The notes: a model not told the origin generated them from the sequence alone. A DNA stretch of 64,000 nt from an uncultured archaeon (GCA_964410585.1 CAYPFW010000001.1:384001-448000); one strand, 5' to 3'. Positions 1-10,345 are shown, counted from the first letter of the stretch. Translations and numbers: made by a program.

Positions 1-1
1 T

Positions 2-1009
2 ATGGTTAAGACGAGATATTTAGCGCTAGCAATCCCACTTGTTTTTGTTAGCGGGGAAGCTGTTGCAGATCCACAACTTAAACATATTAGGGACAATAGA
101 TATGAGACAACAATTAGAGAGTTGATGGAAAACCCCGATTGGTTTGACAAGGCCTATGTGTTTGTGTTTAATGGGGTGAAAAGCGGTGAACTGTCACCAA
201 CAGTTAGATATGAAGTTATTGTCAGGCAAGCTTTGGATCCTGAGAAATTTGTTGAAGAAAAGGTTTCTTTTAAGCTTTTTTCTGATAGACCAGACCCTAG
301 AATAGATAGTTTTAACCAAAGAATAAGGATGAATAGGCGAGGTGCTATAGGCTATCTGGAGGCGAATAGAGAATTGCTAGATTCTATATCACTAGAGGCA
401 GTTGATACTCTTAAAAGAAGGTTAGCAGAATATAATGGGATGGAAAGGGATCCAAATACGCCAATTAGCTTTGTCCCTCTTCAAATATTTGACCCAAATC
501 AGCCTGGACAAAGGTCGCCAGAACTTGCAAGATATATTGAATCAGAATTAATGGGAAAATCTTCCATATCACACTTTTTTGGACCAGAAGAAGAACAGGA
601 AGCAAGTAGGTTTTTGGATGAGGAAGCAATTAGAATGGGATTCAGACCAATAGAGGACATGACACCAAGACAGGCAATTGATTTTATGTATGCTGTTTTT
701 AATCCAGGAGTTAGGGGACACAGAAAAGATGCAACATACGAGCCAATAGGGTTTGGCCAGTTTTTAGTTGAAGGCGGCAATTGCACAGACTCTGGATGGA
801 TTTCTACAAGAGCTTGGAATTTGATGAGGAGCAGAAACCCGTCAATAGAAGACGTATATTGGCTTCCTACAACCTCATATACTATTTCTGGCAACATGTC
901 AACAGGGCATATGATAAACACCTTAGTTAGCAAAACTGGCCAAGTGACTTTTGTTGACCTAACCCGAGGATCAGGTGGGGTAGATACAAGAACACTTGTT
1001 ATTAAATAG
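2..1009 (+). CDS. Secreted protein with C-terminal transglutaminase-like (Cys-His-Asp) domain
   Basis: N-terminal signal-like segment; GNCTD ... GHMIN ... FVDLT spacing typical of transglutaminase/papain-like triad. Confidence 0.55.
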   Translation: MVKTRYLALAIPLVFVSGEAVADPQLKHIRDNRYETTIRELMENPDWFDKAYVFVFNGVKSGELSPTVRYEVIVRQALDPEKFVEEKVSFKLFSDRPDPRIDSFNQRIRMNRRGAIGYLEANRELLDSISLEAVDTLKRRLAEYNGMERDPNTPISFVPLQIFDPNQPGQRSPELARYIESELMGKSSISHFFGPEEEQEASRFLDEEAIRMGFRPIEDMTPRQAIDFMYAVFNPGVRGHRKDATYEPIGFGQFLVEGGNCTDSGWISTRAWNLMRSRNPSIEDVYWLPTTSYTISGNMSTGHMINTLVSKTGQVTFVDLTRGSGGVDTRTLVIK

Positions 1010-1073
1010 GCCGAAACCTTCCCAAAAAGCAAACCTTTATATATCCATTTATTTAACTACTTATTGGTGACAT

Positions 1074-1271
1074 ATGGTTTATAGAGGAAAGTTTAACAGA
1101 GAAGCATTTGAGGAGGCATTTTCAAAGGTTGTTGAGCAGGCTTTAGAAGCAGTTGGAAAGGGACCACTTGACTTAAGGACACCAAGTGAAAGAAAGGCAG
1201 AATATGTTGGTCAGCCGATTGTAGTTGATTTAAGAGGCTTAGAAAATAGGTATTCTCAGAGGAAAGTATAG
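1074..1271 (+). CDS. Small hypothetical protein
   Basis: 65-aa ORF, GGTGA RBS and TTTATATA box upstream, fills the gap between two genes. Confidence 0.6.
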   Translation: MVYRGKFNREAFEEAFSKVVEQALEAVGKGPLDLRTPSERKAEYVGQPIVVDLRGLENRYSQRKV

Positions 1272-1317
1272 ATACTTTTATATAATTCTGTAAATAATAT
1301 CACTATTTTTGATCATT

Positions 1318-2202
1318 ATGGCAAAGATAATACCAATAGGCAGTCAGGGCTATATCAAAATGGATAAAATAGGAAGCGGTGGAATGTGTGATGTTTATTT
1401 AGCCAAACCTATAAGAGGACAAGGGCAAGTTGTTATCAGGGAATTAAGGGAAACAAGATACGACGACGAAAATAGGCAAAACAGAAAGCTTTTTCAAAAT
1501 GGTGTCAATGCACATCTTCTTTTAGCAGAAACAGGAAGCAGATTTTTTCCAAGGTTTCTAGGATATTCTGGAACAACTTCTGCAATAGAACACATAGACG
1601 GCAGGCCGCTTTCAGAATATGGACCACAGGAGGAGAGAATCGTTTTAGCCTTAGCATATGAAATGGCTAGATGTTTTGAGCAGTTCCATGGTGTCAAAGT
1701 TGGGAGGAAAAGGCCACCTGTTCATAGAGACCCAAAACCAGATAATTTTCTTATAACAGAAGGTGAAAGGGAGCCGATTGTATTGCTTGATTTTGATTTT
1801 GCTTGCATAAACAGAACAAGGGATCCTGTAACAGGCCTATGGACAAGATATTCATCTCCAGAACAAGTAGAAGGAAGACCTGTTTCTCCTAGATCAGATT
1901 TATTTTCACTAGGATCAACTCTATACACTCTTTTAACAGGAGAAAAGCCCCCTCATCATATTTACCAAGACAATGCATTTGATGTAGGAACTGATAGATC
2001 GGGAAATAGAGCATCAATGATTCCACAAAAGGGGGATATCAACCCAAGGACACAAATAGGCCAGGTTATTTTGAATTGTTGGAGAATGAATGGGGAACCA
2101 TACGATACAGCGACACAAATGAAAACAGACTTACAGGAAAGAATGAAGAGAAAAAGGATACCAAAAGATACAAGAAAAGTTTTGGCTTTGATGGATAGAT
2201 AG
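1318..2202 (+). CDS. Hanks-type Ser/Thr protein kinase (atypical motifs)
   Basis: IGSGGMCDVY Gly-loop, HRDPKPDN, DFD, YSSPEQ, SDLFSLG. Confidence 0.85.
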   Translation: MAKIIPIGSQGYIKMDKIGSGGMCDVYLAKPIRGQGQVVIRELRETRYDDENRQNRKLFQNGVNAHLLLAETGSRFFPRFLGYSGTTSAIEHIDGRPLSEYGPQEERIVLALAYEMARCFEQFHGVKVGRKRPPVHRDPKPDNFLITEGEREPIVLLDFDFACINRTRDPVTGLWTRYSSPEQVEGRPVSPRSDLFSLGSTLYTLLTGEKPPHHIYQDNAFDVGTDRSGNRASMIPQKGDINPRTQIGQVILNCWRMNGEPYDTATQMKTDLQERMKRKRIPKDTRKVLALMDR

Positions 2203-2206
2203 CTTA

Positions 2207-2293
2207 GTGGAAGCCGTAAAAATTTTGCGAATCGGAGTGAGCAAAATTCTAGGCTCCGATTTTGGCATAAGCCTTTTATTGAAAAAAGGCTTA
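2207..2293 (+). repeat. Palindromic repeat, family A
   Basis: GTGGAAGCCGT...TAGGCTCC hairpin, linker, TAAGCCTTTT/AAAAGGCTTA hairpin; ends on herA stop codon. Confidence 0.85.
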
Positions 2294-3790
2294 CATAAAC
2301 GACTGTGCATCTTCCTTATTTTGTTTCACTATCTTACCATATTCTTTCGCAGCTTCTTCTAAAGACTGGCCTTTAGTACCTTCCTTTGATTGTCTTTTTC
2401 TCACATCAACAAAAACAGGGAAGCTCACAGCCTCGCCAACTATCAAACCGGTTCCAACAGGTAGGGAAGATATTTGTTTAACTACATCATAAGTTATTCC
2501 TTCAGATGATTCCTGTATATGTTTTAAGTCGTATGGATTTGTGACTCTAAAAATAAAATTTGTATTGCACTGGGATAAAGCAGTTGTTGAAAGTTGAACA
2601 GGCCTCTGAGAAACCAAGCAAAGGCAAGCATTAAATTTTCTACCCTCCCTTGCAATTGTTTCTATTATTCCTTTGCTTATAGATCCATCCTTGCTTGATT
2701 TTTCTGGAGCAAATTGATGAGCCTCTTCTATCACAAGTAGGAAAGGTGGGATAACTTCGCGCCTTCTAGAATCAAAAAGCTTGCTAGCTAAATAGGAAAC
2801 AATAATTTGTTTTTTGCTCAAAGAAACTATTTGTGATAAGTCTATTATTGCAAGCTTACCTTGTTCTGTTATTTCCTTTACTGAAGGATAATCTGAAACA
2901 CCAAATATGCCTGTTGACTGAAGGTTGTATAGGAGCGAAACTAATACATCTTTTGTTGATGCTTTTATTTTTTCATCTTGCTCTAAGCTTGTTATTAATT
3001 CTTGGATTCCATAATTTTTAGGCATTTCCCTAACCACTCTAGCAAGTTCCCTTGTCTGTGCATGAGAAACCAATCCAGGGACAAATTTAGAAAGCTGATA
3101 GGGAGATAAGTTGGGCACACCAATTCTTATGTCATTTGATTGGAAGATTTTGACTTTATTTGAGAGCTCAGAATTTCTAATAAGTGAAGAATACTCTCCA
3201 TGTGGATCTATTACAACAACAGAAAGCTGACCATGTTCTGATTTTCTGTTCAAAAGCTCTTCAAGCATCACAGCTATGCTATAGCTTTTTCCTGAGCCCG
3301 AAATAGCCAAGATAGCCAAATGTTTTTGGAAAAGTTTTGTCATGTTTAATTTCACATCAACATCATGGTATTTTAATTTTCCTAGATGTATTCCATTTTG
3401 ATCAAAACCAAAAAACTTTGCAAGTATTTCTAAATCCGGTTCGTATACATGATTTCCAGGAGACACAGGAAATGTAGATTCTTTAAATTTTCCAGAATTG
3501 AAAACGCCTAAGGGTTTTGCTTCTGCTACTAAATATTCGTGTTCCCAAACAGGATAATGCCAATCCATTTGGCCTCCTGTATTTTGAACATCAGAAACAG
3601 ATTCTGGTCTGTTGAAATACTTGTTTGTTCTTAGAATATCCGAAACCCTTCCTATCAGCTTGCCTTCATGTGTATCCAATTGAACAAACTGACCCCTGTG
3701 TATGACAACATCTTTGTTCAAAACAAAAGAAAACTTCCTTGTTGAAGGGGATTCGAAGGTTGAAATTATTGTACCGTAAGTTTGTGGCAT
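2291..3790 (-). CDS. HerA-family ATPase/DNA translocase with HAS barrel
   Basis: HLAILAISGSGKS Walker A, IDPHGEY, LVIEEAH Walker B, EGRKF, SQRP. Confidence 0.9.
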   Translation of the reverse strand: MPQTYGTIISTFESPSTRKFSFVLNKDVVIHRGQFVQLDTHEGKLIGRVSDILRTNKYFNRPESVSDVQNTGGQMDWHYPVWEHEYLVAEAKPLGVFNSGKFKESTFPVSPGNHVYEPDLEILAKFFGFDQNGIHLGKLKYHDVDVKLNMTKLFQKHLAILAISGSGKSYSIAVMLEELLNRKSEHGQLSVVVIDPHGEYSSLIRNSELSNKVKIFQSNDIRIGVPNLSPYQLSKFVPGLVSHAQTRELARVVREMPKNYGIQELITSLEQDEKIKASTKDVLVSLLYNLQSTGIFGVSDYPSVKEITEQGKLAIIDLSQIVSLSKKQIIVSYLASKLFDSRRREVIPPFLLVIEEAHQFAPEKSSKDGSISKGIIETIAREGRKFNACLCLVSQRPVQLSTTALSQCNTNFIFRVTNPYDLKHIQESSEGITYDVVKQISSLPVGTGLIVGEAVSFPVFVDVRKRQSKEGTKGQSLEEAAKEYGKIVKQNKEDAQSFM

Positions 3791-3823
3791 AAGTTATATT
3801 ACATCCAAATTTTAAATACACTT

Positions 3824-4645
3824 ATGGATTTGAAATTCCTTCAAAATGAACCAGCACTGTTTTTTGGGAAAACATTAGTTATTGCAGACATACATTTGGG
3901 TTTGGAGTATGACCTTTACAAATCCGGCATAAGGGTACCTTCCCAAACAGAAAAAATGAAAAACAAAATTGACCAACTGATTAAAAAAACAAAAGCTGAA
4001 AGGATTGTTTTCCTTGGGGATATAAAACACCAAGTTCCTGGAGTAAGTTGGCAAGAATTAAAAGAGGTTCCAGATTTTTTCTCCCATTTTTCCAAAAAAA
4101 TAGAGACCCATATTGTTTTGGGAAATCACGATTCTGAAATTCCTGCTTTAGTTGAAGGTATCAAAATACACAACACGCATGGTTTTAGGATAGATAACGC
4201 ATACATCATGCATGGACATGCCTGGCCAAATAAAGAATTTTTAAAATGCAAATACTTAATCACTTCCCACACACACCCCTTGATAGAAATAAAAGATAAG
4301 ATAGGACATAAATTTGTTGAAAGGGTTTGGGTAAAAGCTGATTTTGATCCTGGGGCAATTCAAGAGAAATATAATAGTACTTTTTTAGGCAAAAATAAAA
4401 CTCTATCAAAAAGAGGCCAAAAACCAAAACTAAAAACCAGCAAACTTCCAAAAATAATTTTGATGCCGGCGTTCAATGATTTGTCAGGAGGAGCTGCTCT
4501 TAATACCGAAACACAAAGAAGACAAAGAAAAAATGAACAAACCTTCTTGGGTCCTATCACTTCTTTAATAGACAAGAAAAAAACAGAAATCTACCTTTTG
4601 GATGGAACATACTTAGGGCAACTAGAATCACTTAAGCAAGTCTGA
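3824..4645 (+). CDS. Calcineurin-like metallophosphoesterase
   Basis: ADIHLG, LGDIKH, GNHD, HGH, SHTHP, MPAFN; ATG 3824 chosen to avoid herA overlap. Confidence 0.88.
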   Translation: MDLKFLQNEPALFFGKTLVIADIHLGLEYDLYKSGIRVPSQTEKMKNKIDQLIKKTKAERIVFLGDIKHQVPGVSWQELKEVPDFFSHFSKKIETHIVLGNHDSEIPALVEGIKIHNTHGFRIDNAYIMHGHAWPNKEFLKCKYLITSHTHPLIEIKDKIGHKFVERVWVKADFDPGAIQEKYNSTFLGKNKTLSKRGQKPKLKTSKLPKIILMPAFNDLSGGAALNTETQRRQRKNEQTFLGPITSLIDKKKTEIYLLDGTYLGQLESLKQV

Positions 4646-5176
4646 TTTTGTGATTATCCCTTCAACTTTGTTTTTCTTCAGAACAAGAAGCGCCTGGTTG
4701 TGCTGCAAAAGCGCTACAACAGAGTTTATTGGTGTGTCTTCGTTTATTGTTGGAAGAGGATTCTCCATAACATCACCAACATTTTCTTTTTCTAGAAGTT
4801 CTATATCCTCGCCTTCTGCTATTTTATCAAGTATCGTTTTTTCAGATATACTCCCAACAACATTTTCAGATTCAAAAACAGGAAGCTGGGAAATATTATT
4901 TTTTTTAATCAGCTTTATCGCATTTTTTACTATATCGCTTGATTCGATTTTTATTATTTTTGTTGACATCAGATCTTTTGCCTTTTTTGAATTTTTATTT
5001 TCCAATTTATCCAGAACAAAAAATATTTTTTTGGCGTTTGTGTATGTTGGTTCTAGTTTTCCGACCTCGAGCTTTGCTATTAGCGATTGAGAAACTCCTG
5101 ACTCTTTGGCCAACTGTATTTGGGTCAGACCCAAAACTTTCCTTCTTCTTTTTATTTCGTCTAAATTTGGCAACAT
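4628..5176 (-). CDS. XRE-HTH plus CBS-pair transcriptional regulator
   Basis: LGLTQIQLAKESGVSQSLIAKLE HTH followed by two CBS motifs. Confidence 0.9.
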   Translation of the reverse strand: MLPNLDEIKRRRKVLGLTQIQLAKESGVSQSLIAKLEVGKLEPTYTNAKKIFFVLDKLENKNSKKAKDLMSTKIIKIESSDIVKNAIKLIKKNNISQLPVFESENVVGSISEKTILDKIAEGEDIELLEKENVGDVMENPLPTINEDTPINSVVALLQHNQALLVLKKNKVEGIITKSDLLK

Positions 5177-5270
5177 AGATTGTATTGGAATTTGGGATAT
5201 TTAAGCTTTTATTCTTTTAGGAATATTTTTGGCAGAAAATATTATTATCCTTTGGCTACATATTCAGTAT

Positions 5271-5414
5271 ATGCTAGAAAAAGATAAGGGATTTTATTCA
5301 ACAAGAAGAGACCATGAATATGGTAAGCCTCTGATAAACAAGCCAACAATTGGCAATAGAACAGTAACAATAGAGGAGTATCGGGATTTTATTTCTCGTG
5401 ATAGACTAAAATAA
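5271..5414 (+). CDS. Small hypothetical protein (47 aa)
   Basis: Short ATG-started ORF filling the intergenic gap; no recognised motif. Confidence 0.35.
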   Translation: MLEKDKGFYSTRRDHEYGKPLINKPTIGNRTVTIEEYRDFISRDRLK

Positions 5415-5446
5415 GTCTTTTTATTAGCCCTTTACAAATATATTAA

Positions 5447-6844
5447 ATGGTTTATTCTAAAAAAATTCAGGACGAATTAGACAAAAAGAAAATAAAAATA
5501 GGTGAAGAAGTTGAAATAGAAATTAAAACATCTGACAAATCAGGTTCGGTATCTGGAAAAAAGTATACGGGCTTGTTGATGCCAAGACCAGATATAGGCA
5601 ACCACTCTACAATTGTTCTAAAATTAGAAAATGGATACAATGTAGGAATTGACTGCTCAAAAGATTTTTCTTTGAAAAAAATTGAGCACAAACACAAAGA
5701 ATTGAAAGAGGAAAAGGACATTGAGCTGGGGAAAATAAAAGAAAAACCAAAAACTAATTTCGATTCAAAAAAACCAACAATTTCTATCCTCGGTTGTGGC
5801 GGAACAATAGCTAGCCGAGTTGAATATAAAACAGGCGCTGTGTTTCCTGCTTTTGACCAAAGTGATATACTGAAAATATTTCCTAGTTTAGAAAACTTTT
5901 CGAATATAAAACCGAGAAAACTATTTGACTTACTTTCAGAGGACATGCATCCGGCTCATTGGGAAATAATTGCAAAAGAAGCAGCAGAGGAAATAAAATC
6001 TGGGTCTTCTGGTGTTGTTTTGATGCACGGCACAGACACAATGCACTACACGTCTGCCGCATTGAGTTTTATGATTCAAAACCTTCCTGTCCCAATTGTT
6101 TTAGTTGGAGCACAAAGAAGCTCTGATAGAGGTAGCTCTGACAATCTTCAAAATTTACTTTGCGCTGCTAGGATAGGACTTTCAGATATTGCAGAAGTTT
6201 CTGTTTGCATGCATGCAACAAGTTCAGATGATTATTGTTTTGCCCATAGAGGAACAAGGATTAGGAAGATGCACACTTCAAGAAGGGATGCTTTCAGAAG
6301 CATCAACACACTACCACTTGCAAAGGTGTGGCAAGATGGAAAAATTGAGTATTTGAGAAAAGATTATAATACAAGAGAAAAAAGAAACCTGAAACTGGAT
6401 ACAAAAATGAATCCAAATGTTTGTCTAATACAATCTCATCCAGCAATAAAATCTGAATTCATACAATCACTATCTAAGTTTTATGACGGTGTTGTTATAT
6501 CAGCAACTGGATTGGGTCACTTGCCATCTAATGCTTTTGGGGACAGGCTAGCAAAGAACGTAATACCCAGTGTCAAATCGCTTATTGATTCTGGGGTTCC
6601 TGTTGTTATAGCCCCACAAACAATTTATGGTCGAATTGAAATGAATGTTTATACAGCAGGACGACTACTTGAAGAAGCAGGTGCAATTGGAAATAATTGT
6701 GATTGGACACCAGAAACAGCTTTAGTAAAATTAATGTGGGTCCTCGGCCACACGAAAAATTTAGATGAGGTAAAAAAGTTAATGCTGACAAATATTACTG
6801 GGGAAATAAGTGAGAGGAGCTTACCAGAGACCTTCCTCTACTGA
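5447..6844 (+). CDS. gatD: Glu-tRNA(Gln) amidotransferase subunit D
   Basis: LKLENGYNVG N-domain, GGTIASRV, HGTDT, GAQRSSDRGSSD, RKMHTSRRDAF. Confidence 0.96.
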   Translation: MVYSKKIQDELDKKKIKIGEEVEIEIKTSDKSGSVSGKKYTGLLMPRPDIGNHSTIVLKLENGYNVGIDCSKDFSLKKIEHKHKELKEEKDIELGKIKEKPKTNFDSKKPTISILGCGGTIASRVEYKTGAVFPAFDQSDILKIFPSLENFSNIKPRKLFDLLSEDMHPAHWEIIAKEAAEEIKSGSSGVVLMHGTDTMHYTSAALSFMIQNLPVPIVLVGAQRSSDRGSSDNLQNLLCAARIGLSDIAEVSVCMHATSSDDYCFAHRGTRIRKMHTSRRDAFRSINTLPLAKVWQDGKIEYLRKDYNTREKRNLKLDTKMNPNVCLIQSHPAIKSEFIQSLSKFYDGVVISATGLGHLPSNAFGDRLAKNVIPSVKSLIDSGVPVVIAPQTIYGRIEMNVYTAGRLLEEAGAIGNNCDWTPETALVKLMWVLGHTKNLDEVKKLMLTNITGEISERSLPETFLY

Positions 6845-6871
6845 TTTAAATGAGATCCTCGAAATAATAGT

Positions 6872-8923
6872 ATGAGATTACATTATTTTTTGATGATTGC
6901 TTTTGCTTCGTTAGCTCTTTCTGTCGGTGTATCTGCACAAGAATGGGAATTTCTTGATTCTGGTGTTACAAACGATTTGAATGGAATTTCTTGTCTAAAT
7001 GAACTGACTTGCTATGCCGTTGGAGGTGCACCTTTCACTGGTGGACAAGGAATAATAATCAAAACAACAAACAGTGGAGACACTTGGAAAAGGGAGACAA
7101 TACCAACAACAGAGCCATTGCGTGCGATTAAGTGCGTGGGTGAAACGTGCTATGCAGCAGGCGATGGAATTATACTCAGAAAAACAGCAACAACTTCATG
7201 GATTCTTGTCGACAGAAGTGATCAAACACTTTGGGACATTGATGCTACACAAACACATTCTGTTGCTGTAGGAAATCTTGGGACACGTTTAAGGGCTACA
7301 AACGGTGTGGATTGGGCCGGATATTTGCCACCTAGAACTGGCACCTTCGAGCCAACTCTTTTGGGAATAACATTTATTGGAGAAAGAGGATGGATTGTTG
7401 GATATGAAGGGACACTAAAATATACAAATAATGGCGGAGAAACGTGGATAGATCTAAACTCTGATGAAACTCTACCAATCAGCGATATTTTTACTTTTGA
7501 TGGACAAACTATTTGGACATGCGGCTCATTTACACACATATCAAAAAGCACAAATGCGGGCTCTTCTTGGACAGATTATGAGATACCTTCTATTGGCGGA
7601 TGCGGTGCAATAGAATTTGCAGACGAAAATCTAGGCTGGATATTTGGGAATGGAGCTATCTTATCAAGTACAAATGGCGGACAAACATGGCAGATGGTTA
7701 GCGGTTTAGATCGCGTTGTGTTTTTCAGTGATGTTGATTGTTTAGGGTCTAATTTGTGTTATGGTGTTGGCGAAGATGGTGTTGTTGTTAAGTATGTATC
7801 TATAGAAACAACTCGAGGGCAAGTAGAACAACCTGTTGAAGAACCTGAAGACCTGTCTGAAGAAAGTGAGGACTCTGAAGAACAGACACCAGAACCAAAT
7901 GACCAAGCAGTTGATGAAGAAACTTCAACATCAGAAAGTTCAATACCAATATGCCCAGCTGTTTTACACAATTGCGCAGATGGACAAACTCCTGTTTTTG
8001 AATACAGTCTAGATTGTCCTGTCGACTATACATGTGTTGGAGAAACAGAAAAACCCTCTGGTAGTTTTGGCGGCATATTTGATGGAATAAAATCATTCTT
8101 TTCCAAAATCTTTTCATTTTTCTCTGGATCAGAAAAAACAAATAAATTGGAAAAAATCCAACACGATGAAGATGCAGATGTATCAGCAACAATTTTCCTA
8201 CCAGCTCCTTCAGAACAAGCAGAGTTCGCAAGGGTTGTAGATAGGCGAACAACATGCAATCCAAGTGAAACTAGACTGAGTTTTGGAAGCATTGATTGGG
8301 AAGCTGGTTCAAGATATCCTAACACAACAATAGTTGCGCCGCATGGAGGTTTTGACACTAATACAGATTCACTATTACTGAAAACAATAGCAGGATTTAG
8401 GGCAAATTATGTTATAGCAAGGGACTATGAAGATGATGGAATGAGGTTAAATGTAAACCGGCCAAGTGAGAGTTATAGCAATAGGACTGAAATACAAACA
8501 GTTAGATCTGCAAGGGTTTACAATGCCTTCAAAAACTGTGTCGATCAATTCCCACAAAAATACTACATTGAGATACATGGAAATTCTAATCCAAGTACTG
8601 CAAATGAGATAGAAGTAGCAACAGTCAATGTCAGCACTTCTTTAGCAAGGTATTTGAAAAACAGGTTTAATGTCCATAAAAGGGGAAAGCTTGATGGATA
8701 TACTTTGAGTATTGAACCTTTGGATACTGTTGCATGGGATGCAGGACCAAACAAGTTAACAGGTATGCTGAGCCACTGCGATAATATGTGTTTACATTTT
8801 GAACATCCTAGTGCCTTGCGCGAAGATAGCGGTGCTATATCAAAAACTTCTCAGGTGCTAGTTGATTTGTTTAAAGATTTGGAAAACTATACACCTCCTA
8901 CAAAAAATCTTTCTAACTCCTAA
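6872..8923 (+). CDS. Secreted YCF48/BNR beta-propeller fused to a Zn-hydrolase (poly-gamma-glutamate hydrolase-like) domain
   Basis: Signal peptide, repeated T-x-N-x-G-x-T/S-W Asp-boxes, acidic linker, C-terminal VAPHGG / EIHGN / LHFE. Confidence 0.65.
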   Translation: MRLHYFLMIAFASLALSVGVSAQEWEFLDSGVTNDLNGISCLNELTCYAVGGAPFTGGQGIIIKTTNSGDTWKRETIPTTEPLRAIKCVGETCYAAGDGIILRKTATTSWILVDRSDQTLWDIDATQTHSVAVGNLGTRLRATNGVDWAGYLPPRTGTFEPTLLGITFIGERGWIVGYEGTLKYTNNGGETWIDLNSDETLPISDIFTFDGQTIWTCGSFTHISKSTNAGSSWTDYEIPSIGGCGAIEFADENLGWIFGNGAILSSTNGGQTWQMVSGLDRVVFFSDVDCLGSNLCYGVGEDGVVVKYVSIETTRGQVEQPVEEPEDLSEESEDSEEQTPEPNDQAVDEETSTSESSIPICPAVLHNCADGQTPVFEYSLDCPVDYTCVGETEKPSGSFGGIFDGIKSFFSKIFSFFSGSEKTNKLEKIQHDEDADVSATIFLPAPSEQAEFARVVDRRTTCNPSETRLSFGSIDWEAGSRYPNTTIVAPHGGFDTNTDSLLLKTIAGFRANYVIARDYEDDGMRLNVNRPSESYSNRTEIQTVRSARVYNAFKNCVDQFPQKYYIEIHGNSNPSTANEIEVATVNVSTSLARYLKNRFNVHKRGKLDGYTLSIEPLDTVAWDAGPNKLTGMLSHCDNMCLHFEHPSALREDSGAISKTSQVLVDLFKDLENYTPPTKNLSNS

Positions 8924-8961
8924 TAAAATGTATTTATACTGGCTACCCACATGAATTTTAG

Positions 8962-9258
8962 ATGGAAGAAGGCTCAGCTGTTTTTGAATGGGCAATGGGC
9001 GGATTATTAATAATTGGACTTATTGCCGGGGTGAGGGAATCTTGCAAACCAGCCAACCTTAGACCAGGAATATATCAAACAGCTATTGAAATGAACCATA
9101 AAAGATATGTTACTTCGCTCTTAACCAAAGCAACAGAACATGCTAGAAGTGGTGAACCATTAAGAATGAGCTTCTACCTTCAACAAGCCGAAAACCTTGG
9201 AGACTCTAAAACACAAGAAGAAGCAAGAAGGATCAGGCAGACATACTTTAATCCATAG
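8962..9258 (+). CDS. Hypothetical membrane-anchored protein
   Basis: 98 aa, one N-terminal hydrophobic segment. Confidence 0.55.
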   Translation: MEEGSAVFEWAMGGLLIIGLIAGVRESCKPANLRPGIYQTAIEMNHKRYVTSLLTKATEHARSGEPLRMSFYLQQAENLGDSKTQEEARRIRQTYFNP

Positions 9259-9610
9259 AAATTTCCAAAAAATCATTGTCCTCTAGCCCCAAAAAGCTTC
9301 TCAAGTTTTTATCTGAAACTACTTCGAGGATATTTTTTGGATGACCTGTTTTTTCTGGTTTAATCAAAATCACCTGAAGATTTTCTATTTTGGATTTCAG
9401 AAAATAAACACGCCCTCTTTTTGTCCCATCTGCTTTTTGAAAGGCTTCTATATATACTGATTTTGGGAAATCAAAATCTTCTTCTAGTTTTATATTCAAA
9501 GTTCCGGGGAAAACATCCAAACCAAAAACTTCCTTGAATTTTGGGAGATAGTCAACAATTATTTTCGCTCCCACACCCATTCCTGAAACAACTTTGCCTT
9601 TTAGGATCAT
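9248..9610 (-). CDS. ribK: CTP-dependent riboflavin kinase domain (DUF120)
   Basis: GKVVSGMGVG, FPGTLNI, LEVVSDKNLR. Confidence 0.8.
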   Translation of the reverse strand: MILKGKVVSGMGVGAKIIVDYLPKFKEVFGLDVFPGTLNIKLEEDFDFPKSVYIEAFQKADGTKRGRVYFLKSKIENLQVILIKPEKTGHPKNILEVVSDKNLRSFLGLEDNDFLEISMD

Positions 9611-9655
9611 ATATCATTAGAAAACGCTTATTTAAAAGAGAAGGCAATTACTTGT

Positions 9656-10345
9656 ATGAAATACGATTACCACTGCCATTTTGAGAATTTGGAAGGGGGA
9701 GTAAAAATTGCGAAAAGTTTAGGCCTTGGTGGGGTTTGTCTTACATTAAATTGGACAAACGAAGCAAGCTTAAATCAGTTTTTAGCAAACGTAGAAAAAA
9801 TAAAAACAAAGGATTTTGATATCGCAATTGCTGTTGAACTGGAAGGAAAACCAAACCAAGTAAGAGAGCTTGCGAAAAGGCTTAGAAAAAGTGTGGAAAT
9901 AATTTCTGTACATGGTGGCGATTCTGAAGTGAACAGGATGGCTGTTGAGACACCGGAAATAGATATACTTCTTCATCCAGAATTGAAAAGAGAAGATTCT
10001 GGATTTGACCACGTAATGGCAAAATTAGCAAAAGAAAATAATGTTGCAATTGAATTTTGTCTCAGCGATTTAGTATACACATACAAAAAACCAAGGGCAG
10101 ATATTTTGAAAAATCTTTTGTACAATGCAAAGTTGGTTAGAAAGTTTAAAACTCCCTTTGTTTTGACATCAGGGGCTTTCAGTGAATGGAATTTGAGGGC
10201 ACCCTCTGAACTGATTTCTTTTGGAAGGATCTTAGGGTTTTCAGATACACAAATAAGCCATGCGCTTTTGGGTCATATGATAAGGGAAAACAGGAAGAGG
10301 CTGGATAGAAAATTTGTGATACCAGGAGTTGAGGTTTTAGAATAA
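9656..10345 (+). CDS. rnp3: RNase P protein p30 (Rpp30)
   Basis: PHP-like start YDYHCH, NRMAVE, LTSGA...LRAP; superoperon context. Confidence 0.9.
   Translation: MKYDYHCHFENLEGGVKIAKSLGLGGVCLTLNWTNEASLNQFLANVEKIKTKDFDIAIAVELEGKPNQVRELAKRLRKSVEIISVHGGDSEVNRMAVETPEIDILLHPELKREDSGFDHVMAKLAKENNVAIEFCLSDLVYTYKKPRADILKNLLYNAKLVRKFKTPFVLTSGAFSEWNLRAPSELISFGRILGFSDTQISHALLGHMIRENRKRLDRKFVIPGVEVLE

Noticed and set aside
1074-1271. Other small ORFs as Pup-like modifiers (also 5271-5414 and 26406-26588)
   Set aside because: None ends in G-E/Q or lies next to a ligase.
2291-4645. HerA plus phosphoesterase as an anti-phage module
   Set aside because: The genes are divergent, host-like in composition, and both belong to common archaeal housekeeping families; no Sir2, NurA or other partner is adjacent.
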